DNA from: a virus
Lineage: Duplodnaviria > Caudoviricetes
DNA length: 64,000 bases
Direction: 5' to 3' (one strand)
IMG/VR virus record: IMGVR_UViG_2824993554_000003
Location: 1-64,000 of that record
Below are positions 1-9,298 of the stretch, piece by piece; position 1 is the first letter of the stretch; each line of letters begins with the position of its first letter. The position numbers and the translations under genes were made by a program. The notes under the pieces were generated by a model. It was not told the DNA's origin and ran no database searches. It worked only from the letters and a program-made list of their open reading frames with translations.

Positions 1-44
1 TCATAATCCTTGTGTCGGGGGTTCAAATCCCTCCTCCGCTACCA
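1..44 (+). tRNA. 3' half of tRNA-Met (CAT), cut by the window edge; prophage target
   Basis: T-CAT-AA anticodon loop, T-arm GGGGG-TTCAAAT-CCCTC, acceptor strand CTCCGCT-A-CCA. Confidence 0.9.
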
Positions 45-1620
45 CACGTCCCCCCAACATTTCGGCCCGATCGCCAATCAGCGCTGATAGGTGGCCGATC
101 ACCTCGGCTTCTACGCGGCCATCCGGCCGATCTCTGATGACGACGCTGTGGACGAGTTCGCGGAATGAGGTGAAGACCTCGGCGCCGCTGATGTCGTCGA
201 GGTCGTTCAGTCTGGCAGCTAGATTTTCCACGGTTCGCTTATATTGGCCGAAGGCCTGCGGATGTAGTTCGATGGCTGGAGACTGTGGCACGGTTGCGAG
301 CTGCGACTTGATGCGGTCGCGCTCGCCCTCGAGCGGCTTATATTGCGCCTCTATGACTTCAATCGGCAGGACGCCACGGGTCAAAGCCTGCATCAGGCGA
401 TCGAGCTGGCCGTTGAGGTCGAGCAGCTTACGTTCCAGTGCCGCCCTATCCCGAACCGCGTCGGCGATCTCTGCGCGTCTTTCCTCCCGATAGACTCTGA
501 CATATTCAGCCAGCAGCTCGGGATGGGCCAGTTGTTCTTTGAGGCCGGAGATGACGGCGGCCTCGATCTTGTCGAGCCTGTAGCGGCGCTCATTGGTGCA
601 GGCGCCGCTTTCGGTCGCGCGGCTGCAGCGGATCCTGATGGCGCCGCTATCCTTATGCCTGTCATGGATCGACATGCCGCCGCCGCAGTGTTCACACCGC
701 AGGATGCCGGAGAGCAGCCGCTTCGGCCGGCGCGTGTTGGTAATGCCTCCCTGCCTCGTGGCGCGGCCTTCGATGATCGCCAGTGCGGTTTCGTAGGTTT
801 CGGTATCGACCAGGGCCAGGTGCGGCGCGTCGGCCTCCCGCCATTCTTCCTGCGGGTTCGGGCGGCTGACCCGCTTCCCGGTCTCAGGATCCCGCACCAT
901 GCGAATCCGGTTCCAGATAATCCGCCCGGCATACAGTGGATTGCGGATGATGCCGTTCCCCCGCTGTGCCGATCCGCAGATCGTGCTTGAATTCCAGGTG
1001 GCGCCGCGAGGCGGTGTTATTAGGTCGCGATTCAGGCCGCCGGCGATCTCCCGAGAGTTCCGGCCAGCGATGACTTCCGCATAGATGCGCCTGACGATCT
1101 CAGCTTCGGGTTCATGGATTTGCATAACGCCGGGCTGGCCAGGTGTCGGCCGATAGCCATAAGCCCGGCCGCCGGCGTGACGGCCGTCCTTGATGACGCC
1201 AGTCATGCCGCGCCGGATCTTGTTCTTGAGGTCGGCCAGAAACAGGGTGGAGACGAGGCCGCGGATGCCGATCTGAATGGCGTCTGCGGCGCCATCATGC
1301 ACGGCGATGATCTCGACGCCGGCATGCGTCAGCCGCTTGTAAATGCCGGGGAGATCTTCCTGGTCGCGCGAGAGGCGGTCTAGAGCTTCGACGACGACGA
1401 CGTCGAAGGCGTTTGCCTTAGCATCGTCCATGAGACTGAGTAATCCGTCTCGTCCGAAAATCGACGCGCCCGTGCGCGCTTTGTCGAAATAGGTTCTGGC
1501 GACGACGAAGCCGCTTTTGGCTGCGAATTCGCGGCAGAGATCGATCTGGTCGTCGACGGATCTGTCGTTCTGGAGATCAGTGGAGAAACGGGCATAGATT
1601 GCCGCTCGCTTGGACTGCAT
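1..1620 (-). CDS. Large serine recombinase (prophage integrase)
   Basis: YARFSTDLQ catalytic motif, DRLSR, recombinase domain, CEHCGG...C zinc ribbon, coiled coil. Confidence 0.95.
   Translation of the reverse strand: MQSKRAAIYARFSTDLQNDRSVDDQIDLCREFAAKSGFVVARTYFDKARTGASIFGRDGLLSLMDDAKANAFDVVVVEALDRLSRDQEDLPGIYKRLTHAGVEIIAVHDGAADAIQIGIRGLVSTLFLADLKNKIRRGMTGVIKDGRHAGGRAYGYRPTPGQPGVMQIHEPEAEIVRRIYAEVIAGRNSREIAGGLNRDLITPPRGATWNSSTICGSAQRGNGIIRNPLYAGRIIWNRIRMVRDPETGKRVSRPNPQEEWREADAPHLALVDTETYETALAIIEGRATRQGGITNTRRPKRLLSGILRCEHCGGGMSIHDRHKDSGAIRIRCSRATESGACTNERRYRLDKIEAAVISGLKEQLAHPELLAEYVRVYREERRAEIADAVRDRAALERKLLDLNGQLDRLMQALTRGVLPIEVIEAQYKPLEGERDRIKSQLATVPQSPAIELHPQAFGQYKRTVENLAARLNDLDDISGAEVFTSFRELVHSVVIRDRPDGRVEAEVIGHLSALIGDRAEMLGGRVVAEEGFEPPTQGL
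33..45 (+). repeat. Left att core CCTCCGCTACCAC
   Basis: Identical 13-mer at 62005..62017; overlaps the tRNA 3' end. Confidence 0.88.
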
Positions 1621-1724
1621 TCTTTTTCCTCGTTCTGCCGTCTGGCCGCCGCGCTGTCGCGCCGCGCGTCAGCTTTCGCCAAAGCGCGAACGAAATCAAG
1701 CAGCAGCGGATCCGGAGGCATCAT
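1380..1724 (-). CDS. Small protein upstream of and overlapping the integrase; candidate directionality factor
   Basis: ATGA coupling to the upstream gene; PLLLDFVRALAKADARRD resembles the ORF at 63571..63699. Confidence 0.5.
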   Translation of the reverse strand: MMPPDPLLLDFVRALAKADARRDSAAARRQNEEKECSPSERQSMPVSPLISRTTDPSTTRSISAANSQPKAASSSPEPISTKRARARRFSDETDYSVSWTMLRQTPSTSSSSKL

Positions 1725-2233
1725 CTCCCGCGCCTCCATTGTTCAAACGCGCTGCGGAAATCTCTCCAGCGGCCGGCCGCAACCTCGTCGGTGTCGAGAT
1801 CGTTCAGCGATTCAATGCGCAAGATGAAATGCATCTTCGTCTTGATGCGCTCGAAATCGGTGGCGTCGCGCAGGTCGTGGCGCTCGATCAGGAACTGTCG
1901 GAACGCCTGGTCGTTTTTGCACTTCATCGCGCACTCGGCTGCGTGGCGCTTTGGCTTTGGCTGCCTGCGCAGGAGATCGCGATAGGCGCGGCTGCAGCGG
2001 TCGAGCATGTCGAGCAGGAATTGCTGGCGCTCGCCGGCGCGGATCAGGAACTCCTGGAAGGTGAAGGGGACGTCGGCGGCGATCGAGGCGATCGCGCGCG
2101 GTTTATCGTCGGCCGGATCCCGCACAACGAGGGAAAGCCTGATGCCGTCGGTCTCGATCGACCAGTCGGCGCCGACCATCGACAGGTCCTGCCGGATCAT
2201 CTCGAGCTTTCGCTTTTCGGCCTCCGTCGCCAT
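1721..2233 (-). CDS. Hypothetical phage protein
   Basis: Translationally coupled ORF in the leftward operon. Confidence 0.7.
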   Translation of the reverse strand: MATEAEKRKLEMIRQDLSMVGADWSIETDGIRLSLVVRDPADDKPRAIASIAADVPFTFQEFLIRAGERQQFLLDMLDRCSRAYRDLLRRQPKPKRHAAECAMKCKNDQAFRQFLIERHDLRDATDFERIKTKMHFILRIESLNDLDTDEVAAGRWRDFRSAFEQWRRGR

Positions 2234-2826
2234 CAGGAACCTTTCGCCTCCTGTACGGCGGGCGCTGTATCGCCAACGGCCATTGCGTTCTGGAACATGA
2301 TTGGCTGTTGGTCGCTCGGGATGCGGTGCCGGCCGCGGGCCATCGGGTGTTTGGGCGCGCCGTCTAGCGTGGTGCCGAGACAGACAAGGTGCACCATGTG
2401 GTGACGGGCGCGGGCGAGCAGCTTATCCCTCGTAGGGATCATGATCGGCTGCGGCAGGTTTCCCCAGGCAGCGAGCGCCGGCTTGCCGCGGTGGCGCGCC
2501 ATGTTGAAAGCCTCGTCGATATAGAGGTTGTTGTCGGGGCCGATCGCCTCGACGATGTTTCCCGGCAGGTCCTTCGGCTGCGAGGCGCGGAAGGCGAAGA
2601 GGTTGACGACGTAAAGGCCGCCGTAGCCCCAGAGCGTGGCGAAGCCGATAAGCTGGCGGATGGTCGGATCGTCCTTCTCGGCGTCGGCCGTCGAGGGATT
2701 GAGCATGCAGGCAGCCAGGGCGGGCTTTTGCTTGTCCCATGTGCGGCGCAGCTCGTAGCGGTAGCGCCCGCAGGGCGAGATCGTTGCGTCCTTCCGCATG
2801 ACCGGCTTGAAGAGGTCGGAGGTCAT
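2233..2826 (-). CDS. DUF1643 family protein
   Basis: SPCGRYRYELRRTW, MLNPSTADA..DDPTIR, VVNLFAFRA, AAWG, PKHP motifs. Confidence 0.88.
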   Translation of the reverse strand: MTSDLFKPVMRKDATISPCGRYRYELRRTWDKQKPALAACMLNPSTADAEKDDPTIRQLIGFATLWGYGGLYVVNLFAFRASQPKDLPGNIVEAIGPDNNLYIDEAFNMARHRGKPALAAWGNLPQPIMIPTRDKLLARARHHMVHLVCLGTTLDGAPKHPMARGRHRIPSDQQPIMFQNAMAVGDTAPAVQEAKGS

Positions 2827-3044
2827 GGTTGTTCCTCCAGAAAGCAATCCACGGCGCCGCGAAGAGACCGCATGGCGTCATTGTATCCCTCGCGAAAGCC
2901 GGGTGGCTTGCTGTCGAAGATGTTGTCGGCCTTCGCCTGGAGCTCGGTGACCGTCCAGTTTTTGGCGCACCAGTCGGCAAACTCCTCCATCTTCAGGCGA
3001 AACAGCTCCGCGACCTGGTATTCGAGATTGATGCGGTCGCTCAT
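2823..3044 (-). CDS. Hypothetical protein
   Basis: Overlapping start/stop coupling. Confidence 0.65.
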   Translation of the reverse strand: MSDRINLEYQVAELFRLKMEEFADWCAKNWTVTELQAKADNIFDSKPPGFREGYNDAMRSLRGAVDCFLEEQP

Positions 3045-3574
3045 CCGTTCGACCTCGCCCTATTCGCGGCGACCGCCTGTTTCATGGCCGCCCGGGCGGC
3101 GATCAGCTGGCGGAGGCTTTCGGCGGATTGGCGGATGGATTTGCGGGTGCGGAGCTGCGCCAGGCGGATACGGTTCGGCCTCGGTTCAAACCAGCCGCGC
3201 GCGGCGTACATCAGGGCGTCGAATTCCGGCTGCAGCGGCTGCGAGTCCCAGATCGGGAGCGGCCCCATCATCACCATGGCGCCGTGGCACCAGAGATCTC
3301 GGAACATCTCCAGCACGGTGCACTGAACCGGATCTTGGCCCGAGCTGTAATAGTCGGGCTTATCCGGGCTGTTGAAACCGAAGAAGCAGATCAGGCCGGC
3401 CTCATGGTTCCACATCGACGGATGGTTCAGGGTTCCGTTCCAGGTGCCGCCATGCGTCCAGAGGGTGACGTCGGCAAGATCGCCGAGCAGCTCCGGGATG
3501 CCGGGAACGACCTTGAGGAGGTCGGTATCGAAGTCGTCGCACCACATGGGGCGAAGGGCGGGGCTCTGGTCCAT
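3041..3574 (-). CDS. Hypothetical protein
   Basis: Coupled ORF starting MDQSP after a GAGG RBS. Confidence 0.65.
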   Translation of the reverse strand: MDQSPALRPMWCDDFDTDLLKVVPGIPELLGDLADVTLWTHGGTWNGTLNHPSMWNHEAGLICFFGFNSPDKPDYYSSGQDPVQCTVLEMFRDLWCHGAMVMMGPLPIWDSQPLQPEFDALMYAARGWFEPRPNRIRLAQLRTRKSIRQSAESLRQLIAARAAMKQAVAANRARSNG

Positions 3575-3825
3575 CAGTTCGACCTCGCCTTGCGATGTGC
3601 TGCCACCTCGGTAGCGTGGGCCGCGACCTGCACCGGCAGCTGTTCGATTGTGATCTCCAGCGCCTTGGCGTGGTTTTCCAGCGGCATCATGGTGGCGATG
3701 ATCGCGGCGCAGGCGCCCGAGCATGCGGCCATGGCCTCGACCTCGGTCAAGACGCCGGTGCGGACGCCGTTTGCCATCATCTCGACGATCAGGTCTCGGA
3801 TCTGGATCTGGGCTTCCCTGCTCAT
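3574..3825 (-). CDS. Hypothetical protein
   Basis: Coupled ORF. Confidence 0.65.
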   Translation of the reverse strand: MSREAQIQIRDLIVEMMANGVRTGVLTEVEAMAACSGACAAIIATMMPLENHAKALEITIEQLPVQVAAHATEVAAHRKARSN

Positions 3826-4040
3826 ATCAGCGACCCCCTGTTTCTCGATTGGCGGCAGGACGGGCAGAAGTGCTGCCAGGCGTCGGCGTGGCGCTCGATC
3901 AGCCAGCGGGCGATCTTGGCGACGCGGACGGCTTTGTCGCGGGCGGCGCGCGGATCGGCGTCCATCACAGATTCCATTGCTGTCGGGCAGCTGTCGCAGG
4001 TGATCCGCGCCGTGCCGGCGGTGGCGTCGGTCTTCAGCAT
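3822..4040 (-). CDS. Small Zn-finger-like protein
   Basis: ITCDSC ... HFCPSC. Confidence 0.65.
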   Translation of the reverse strand: MLKTDATAGTARITCDSCPTAMESVMDADPRAARDKAVRVAKIARWLIERHADAWQHFCPSCRQSRNRGSLI

Positions 4041-4231
4041 CGGCCTTGCTCCCTGAGTGCGGCGACGAACATGCTGATCGCCGGTAGCGAGAAGGGGCGA
4101 TCGGCGACGCCGCCGTGATCGCCGGCGACGACGCGCCGGATGGTGACCACCTTGCCGGGCAGGGTGATCTTGCGCTGGCGCTGGGCAGTCAGCAGGGGGC
4201 GGCCGGCGAGCTTTCTGACGTGGATGGTCAT
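4034..4231 (-). CDS. Hypothetical protein
   Basis: Coupled ORF; C-terminal SLPAISMF motif shared with 5611..6081. Confidence 0.6.
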   Translation of the reverse strand: MTIHVRKLAGRPLLTAQRQRKITLPGKVVTIRRVVAGDHGGVADRPFSLPAISMFVAALREQGRC

Positions 4232-4719
4232 TGGCCGCTCCAGGTCCACAAGCCCTGCAGGCCGCGCGCCGGGACGGGCGGTTCAAGCAGCTCGATATCG
4301 AGCATCGGCCAGCCCCAGTTGAAGGTGCCTTCGCGGTCGCTGTCATTGCCGGCGTCGTCGCCGAACTCGCGGGCGCATTCCTCGCCCGACTTCGGCTCGC
4401 CGACGGTGACCGTGCAGAGCACGTGGGCGAGCGGCAGGAAGGTCGGGACGGCGCTCTTCGGCTGCTCGAGGATACGATCGAGGAGGGGAATGGCGAGATC
4501 CGGCAACAGGCAGGCCCCTGTGTTGCGAACGGTTTTCGTCAGGGCGATGCGCAGCGCCAGGACCTCGGCGCGCCGCATCGGCCGTGCGCCAGCATGGATG
4601 GCGAGGCGCTGGCCGATCAGTGATTCCGGCGGTCGCCAGCCGCGGAACTCATAGGGCTTGGCGCCGATCGCGATCAGCGACGTCCATGGCTGCCAGACGG
4701 TGAGGGCTTTCATCATCAT
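4228..4719 (-). CDS. ASCH domain protein
   Basis: KALTVWQPW..LIAIGAKPYEFRGW, LAIHAG, PVPARGLQGLW. Confidence 0.85.
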   Translation of the reverse strand: MMMKALTVWQPWTSLIAIGAKPYEFRGWRPPESLIGQRLAIHAGARPMRRAEVLALRIALTKTVRNTGACLLPDLAIPLLDRILEQPKSAVPTFLPLAHVLCTVTVGEPKSGEECAREFGDDAGNDSDREGTFNWGWPMLDIELLEPPVPARGLQGLWTWSGQ

Positions 4720-5147
4720 CGCGAGACCACCTCCTGCAGTGGCGCGTTGGCGATCTCCAGCAGGATATCGGCGTGGCAGGGCTCGCCCGGCTTGCACCAG
4801 CAGGCGAGGTTGAAGCCGCGCAGCGCCTTGGCGATAGCGGCGGGCGTCGGGACTGGGTAGAGGGGCCGGGTGTTATGCGGCCCAGTGGCCGACACTTCGG
4901 CCTTGTGGCAGGCGATTGCGAAGTCGATCGCTTCCCGCTTTGACGGGCAGCTCTTGACGATCGTGCCGTGGCTGAAGACATCCCATAGCGCCGGCTTGAC
5001 GAACGGATCCTTGCTAAAGACGAAGTGATTGCCGAAGGGCGAGGTGCGATCGACCTTGATCGCGTCAAGGCCGTTGGCGGCCCTCGACGCGGCTTGCAGG
5101 TTGAAGCCTTTCTGGCGCGACAGCTGGATTCGGACGGGCGCGGTCAT
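4716..5147 (-). CDS. DUF4326 domain protein
   Basis: VDRTSPFGN and LRGFNLACWC...CHADILLEIAN. Confidence 0.85.
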   Translation of the reverse strand: MTAPVRIQLSRQKGFNLQAASRAANGLDAIKVDRTSPFGNHFVFSKDPFVKPALWDVFSHGTIVKSCPSKREAIDFAIACHKAEVSATGPHNTRPLYPVPTPAAIAKALRGFNLACWCKPGEPCHADILLEIANAPLQEVVSR

Positions 5148-5614
5148 TGAACCACTCCGGCCTGCGTCAGTTGGCCCTTGCCCTCGACGATGCCGAAGGT
5201 GAAGACGGTTTCGGCCTCGGACCACCAGCAGGCGTCTATGGCGTGAACGCCGGGTTTCAGGCCGCCGTTGACGACGAGCTCCTGCAGGGTCGGCTGCATC
5301 CCGTCCGTGTCGCGATCGACCCGGAAGTTGTTCGCCTTGATTGGGATGTCGCGATCGGTTTCGAAGCTGCCGTCATCGCGGACGGTGAGTTCGAAATCGC
5401 CGTAATAGATGGAGGCACTAAACCTCACCACCTGACCGTCGACCAAGCGAAGGATGCCGAAACCTTCGTCCAGATCCTCATCCTGCTCCTCGACCGGCCG
5501 TAGCATCCATCCGAGTTCGGCGTGGTGGCAAATGAAGGCGTTGGGATCGGTCTGCAGCGCCGGAAGCTCTTCATCCAGCCAATCGGAAGGGATCCATTTC
5601 ATCTCGTCGCTCAC
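5144..5614 (-). CDS. Hypothetical acidic protein
   Basis: Coupled ORF. Confidence 0.65.
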   Translation of the reverse strand: MSDEMKWIPSDWLDEELPALQTDPNAFICHHAELGWMLRPVEEQDEDLDEGFGILRLVDGQVVRFSASIYYGDFELTVRDDGSFETDRDIPIKANNFRVDRDTDGMQPTLQELVVNGGLKPGVHAIDACWWSEAETVFTFGIVEGKGQLTQAGVVQ

Positions 5615-6081
5615 TGGCCGAGGCTCCCTTCGCTGCGCTGCAGGCGTGCGGCCGCGAACATGCTGATCGGCGGCAGGCTGATCGCCACGCGGACGGTGCG
5701 GGCGGAGCCGCTTTTATCGGTGGCGGTGGCGGTGATGCCGACGATGATCTTGTCGTCGCGGATCTCGGTATCGGGAATTTCGGGAATGAGCCCGTGGCTG
5801 CGGCAGAAGACCCAGGCGCAGCCGACCGTCCGGCCATAGTGCCGATCGATATCGGAATAGCTCATGCCGCTGCGCAGGAATTGCGCGACCGCCTCGACCG
5901 AGAACGGCTTGCGCTGCCCCGGCTCCGGCGCCACGGCATCGATCAGGCCGAGCTCCGTCAGCTTTTCGCCAAGCGTCGTGCGGTGCACCTGGTAGCGCTT
6001 GACGATCTCGGAGCGCGTCAGGCCTTCGGCGACCAGCCGGCGCAGGGTGTCGTCGTCCGGAAGCTTTTTCGGTTTCGTCAT
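5611..6081 (-). CDS. Putative tandem HTH protein
   Basis: GLTRSEIVKRYQVHRTTL and GMSYSDIDRHYGRT HTH-like segments. Confidence 0.65.
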   Translation of the reverse strand: MTKPKKLPDDDTLRRLVAEGLTRSEIVKRYQVHRTTLGEKLTELGLIDAVAPEPGQRKPFSVEAVAQFLRSGMSYSDIDRHYGRTVGCAWVFCRSHGLIPEIPDTEIRDDKIIVGITATATDKSGSARTVRVAISLPPISMFAAARLQRSEGSLGQ

Positions 6082-7274
6082 TCTGCGGCCTCCTTGGCGA
6101 AATGGGCGGGCAGGGGCGGGTAGCCGTTGTGCTCGACGCCCGAAAGCAGCCGGCCGGCGCGCGCCTTGGTGACGCGGAACATGCCGATCGGCTCGCGCAT
6201 GCCGTCGCAGCTGGGCTTCGCCTGGCGGCCGTCGACGTCGAGCCAGATAGCGTCGTTCGTCACCATGCTGCTTTCGGTGTGGCCGTTCTCGGCGCTGGCG
6301 ACGATCCAGTTGCCCCATTGCTTGAAGAGGAAGGGGGTATCGGCGATCTCGCACTGATCGCGCAGCGCGTAGATCCAGTGCGGGTGCGCCGGACGGCAGC
6401 CGACGCCGCTTTCTCCGCCGGCGACCATCCAGCCAATCCGCGGGATTTCGTCGCAAGCTGTGAACTGATGGCAGTTGCAGCAGGCAACATCGTAGTCTCC
6501 GGTATCGGCGATCTGGCTGACGTGCTGAAGTTCGGACGAGCCTATCCACCCGCAATGCTCGCATTTTGTCATGAAGTATTCCGGGGCAATGAACTCGTGG
6601 CCCTGAGGGCTTCGGGCGCGCCGGCCCGTGGGGAGCCAGCGCTTCCAGTCGATCGGGCCTAGAGACGGCTCGTTCGACACCCAAAGGACGGCGGCCGGGA
6701 TTTCGTGAAGGATGGGCAGGCGCTCGTCAGCGCGTTTCTGATCCTCGACCGAGACGCCGAGCCAGACGTTTGGAAGAGGCAGCCCCTTGGTATGGCCGCA
6801 GTGAAAATCGGCGGCCCAGCTGGCGCCTTCCTCGCAATCGATCCGCATCGCCTCGGTCATCAGGCGATCGTGCAGGCCGGACGCCTTGAGATAATCCCGC
6901 ATCCGCTCCGGCCGCTTGGTCAGGACCTGGAAGATGTGCTCGGGCGCCAGTGCCATGACCGCGAAGATCTTGTCGATCCACTCGTCCGGCACGCCCTCGG
7001 CGAAGAGATCGCCATGGGCGCAGACGAAGATCATCCGCGGACGCGACCACGTGAGCGGCTGGGTCAGCCACTCTTCATTGAAGCGCACTTCGCCGCTCCA
7101 GACCGGGCCGGCCTTGCTGTCGCGGGTGAGGCCGGCGCGGCTGGGGTGATGCTGCAAGCGTGTGCCGGCGAGCTTCATGGCGTAGCAGTTGGTGCAGCCG
7201 GGGGAGACGATCGCGCAGCCGGTGATCGGGTTCCAAGTCGCGTCGGTCCATTCGATCTTGGTGCCATCAGACAT
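6078..7274 (-). CDS. DUF5131 (phage Gp37/Gp68) family protein
   Basis: TKIEWTDATWNPITGC..VSPGCTNCYA, FQVLTKRP, NVWLGVSVEDQ, GGESG, PFLFKQWG. Confidence 0.92.
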   Translation of the reverse strand: MSDGTKIEWTDATWNPITGCAIVSPGCTNCYAMKLAGTRLQHHPSRAGLTRDSKAGPVWSGEVRFNEEWLTQPLTWSRPRMIFVCAHGDLFAEGVPDEWIDKIFAVMALAPEHIFQVLTKRPERMRDYLKASGLHDRLMTEAMRIDCEEGASWAADFHCGHTKGLPLPNVWLGVSVEDQKRADERLPILHEIPAAVLWVSNEPSLGPIDWKRWLPTGRRARSPQGHEFIAPEYFMTKCEHCGWIGSSELQHVSQIADTGDYDVACCNCHQFTACDEIPRIGWMVAGGESGVGCRPAHPHWIYALRDQCEIADTPFLFKQWGNWIVASAENGHTESSMVTNDAIWLDVDGRQAKPSCDGMREPIGMFRVTKARAGRLLSGVEHNGYPPLPAHFAKEAAE

Positions 7275-7878
7275 GGGCGCGCTCCTTCTTGTTCTCCTCG
7301 CGGTAATGCGCGAGCAGCTGATCGCCGGCGGCGGCGTCGATGTGATCGAGCTTGAGGAGCGCCCAGTTCAGACCATTGGCAAAGCCGCGAGCTTCGGCGC
7401 GCTGGTGATCAGCGATCTGGCGGGTGGTTGCCTTGATCTGCCGATCTTCGATAGCGGTCGTTACGGTGACGGCGAAAGCGCCGCGGGATTTCGGTTCGGC
7501 GGAGCAATATTGCACCATGCCAGGCTCGCCGGTGACCGGCACCGTGCGCCACCATTCCTGCCGGATGCTGCTGGTTTCGCCGACGTAGCGCTCGTCATAT
7601 CGGGCGTCGGCGCCGGTGTAGTAATTCGCCGCCTCCTTGAAATGATGCAGCGCGTAGTGGCCCCGCGCCCAATAGCCCATCAGGTCCCCGTCGAGGTCCC
7701 GGAGTTCTTCGATCTGAATGCCGTGGGTTCTCTCTTCGGCCCATTTAAAGCTGGCGAGATGAAGGTATTCCGTCAGTTCCTCACGCGTGATCAGGCGCAT
7801 GTTAGGATGATCGGCTGAGGTACGACCTTCCTTGTCGGTCAATTCCTGCCAGAGTCGGTTGGCGAGCGTTTCAGTCAT
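7267..7878 (-). CDS. Hypothetical protein
   Basis: Long ORF in the operon. Confidence 0.7.
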   Translation of the reverse strand: MTETLANRLWQELTDKEGRTSADHPNMRLITREELTEYLHLASFKWAEERTHGIQIEELRDLDGDLMGYWARGHYALHHFKEAANYYTGADARYDERYVGETSSIRQEWWRTVPVTGEPGMVQYCSAEPKSRGAFAVTVTTAIEDRQIKATTRQIADHQRAEARGFANGLNWALLKLDHIDAAAGDQLLAHYREENKKERAHV

Positions 7879-8077
7879 TGCTATTTTCTTTCTTCGCTGA
7901 AGCAGTGATGTCCCGAACGTCGCACTGAAAGCCGTCGCGGTAGGCCCACGCCGTCGCGGTTGCTATTCCTTCGGAGACGAGCTCGTCGACCGCTGCGATC
8001 TCTTCGCGGGCTGCCCATTCCTCCTGGCGCAGTCGCCGGCCGGCGAGGAGCCCAGCTTTCATTTGAGCCTTATTCAC
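7871..8077 (-). CDS. Hypothetical protein (GTG start)
   Basis: Fills the gap between coupled ORFs. Confidence 0.5.
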   Translation of the reverse strand: MNKAQMKAGLLAGRRLRQEEWAAREEIAAVDELVSEGIATATAWAYRDGFQCDVRDITASAKKENSND

Positions 8078-8327
8078 TGACGCGGCCCTCCGTCGTGGTG
8101 GGCACTCTCTCCCCAGTCTGAATGTCGAACCGAACGCCGCAGCCGTAGCGAGCGCGACTTGGCAGGCCGAGCATTGCGAATGCATTGTCGAACGTCGTGT
8201 CGCGCACTGGCTCGCACCACATCGTTCGGCCGTCGGCCTCCAATGTCATGCGCATCATCGTTTCGCAGTTAAGGCAGTAGGGCCGGTAATCCGGCTCTGT
8301 CTTCAATCGTTCGGACAATCCGCTCAT
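8070..8327 (-). CDS. Small Cys-rich protein
   Basis: YCLNC...WC...GCG. Confidence 0.6.
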   Translation of the reverse strand: MSGLSERLKTEPDYRPYCLNCETMMRMTLEADGRTMWCEPVRDTTFDNAFAMLGLPSRARYGCGVRFDIQTGERVPTTTEGRVSE

Positions 8328-9298
8328 GCCGCCACCTTGCTTTCTGCAAAGTGCCGATCGAGGATCATGCGTGCGCCGTGCTGGATGGCGGCGATCTGAA
8401 TGAACGCCTGCTCCGGGTACTCATAGACGCCCGAATAGTTGTCCATATCGAGCTCGCGGTAGATCCAGGCGCCGACTTCCTCGTCGGAAAGCTCACGGAT
8501 GTGATCGGTGATGGCGCAGTAGAGATCGTTGCGGCCCTCTTCGGTCAGCAGCGTGTTCGGGTCTTCGTCGACGTAGGGGCTGTAGTCTTCGCGGAAGAAT
8601 TTCCAGACCTTGGCCATCAGCTCCCAATTGTCGGGGACGTGCCAGCCAATGCGCTCATGCAGGCGCCAGAGGTTCTTGTTCAGGTACTCCGGCTGCTTGC
8701 ACGGTCGGAAGCCGTAATGGATGCGCGGGTGATCTTCCTCGTAGTAGCGCATCTCCTGCTCGAACTCGGCCTTGGTCATGCCGTCGCGCTTGCGCCATTT
8801 CGGCTTGTCGGCCTCGTAGGCCTTGATCTCTTTTTCCATCTCGGCGAGGTGTTCCGGCACGTATTCCGTCAGGCGGTGCCAGAGGTCATTGACGGTGAGC
8901 TCGCGGGAAAAGACTCGGCGAATGCCGGTCTTCGACAGCAGATAGTCATAGTCGGGCGATTGCAGCCAGTTGCACGCGGCCCCGAGCGTCGGCATGGCAT
9001 TGTAGTGCACCACGGTGAGCTGGCCGAGATCGCCGACGATCGTCATGTGGCCGGGCGTCCATGTCAGCGTGAAGCAATAGGTTGAGTTGTAAGCGAATTT
9101 CGCACTTTCAGTCGGCGGCAGGAAAGTGACGAATCCCGGACCGCGGTCGATGCGCGTTGGTCGGCTGCAACTCTTGTCGACATAGTGGCCGTGGAAGCGG
9201 AACGACCTGACCGGCTCCTCGACCATGACGTGCTTGTCGCACCACTTCGCAATGTCTTCTTTGGCTTCCTCGCGCCGTTCCTTGTATGAGCGGCCCAT
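8324..9298 (-). CDS. Hypothetical phage protein
   Basis: 324-aa ORF in the operon. Confidence 0.75.
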   Translation of the reverse strand: MGRSYKERREEAKEDIAKWCDKHVMVEEPVRSFRFHGHYVDKSCSRPTRIDRGPGFVTFLPPTESAKFAYNSTYCFTLTWTPGHMTIVGDLGQLTVVHYNAMPTLGAACNWLQSPDYDYLLSKTGIRRVFSRELTVNDLWHRLTEYVPEHLAEMEKEIKAYEADKPKWRKRDGMTKAEFEQEMRYYEEDHPRIHYGFRPCKQPEYLNKNLWRLHERIGWHVPDNWELMAKVWKFFREDYSPYVDEDPNTLLTEEGRNDLYCAITDHIRELSDEEVGAWIYRELDMDNYSGVYEYPEQAFIQIAAIQHGARMILDRHFAESKVAA

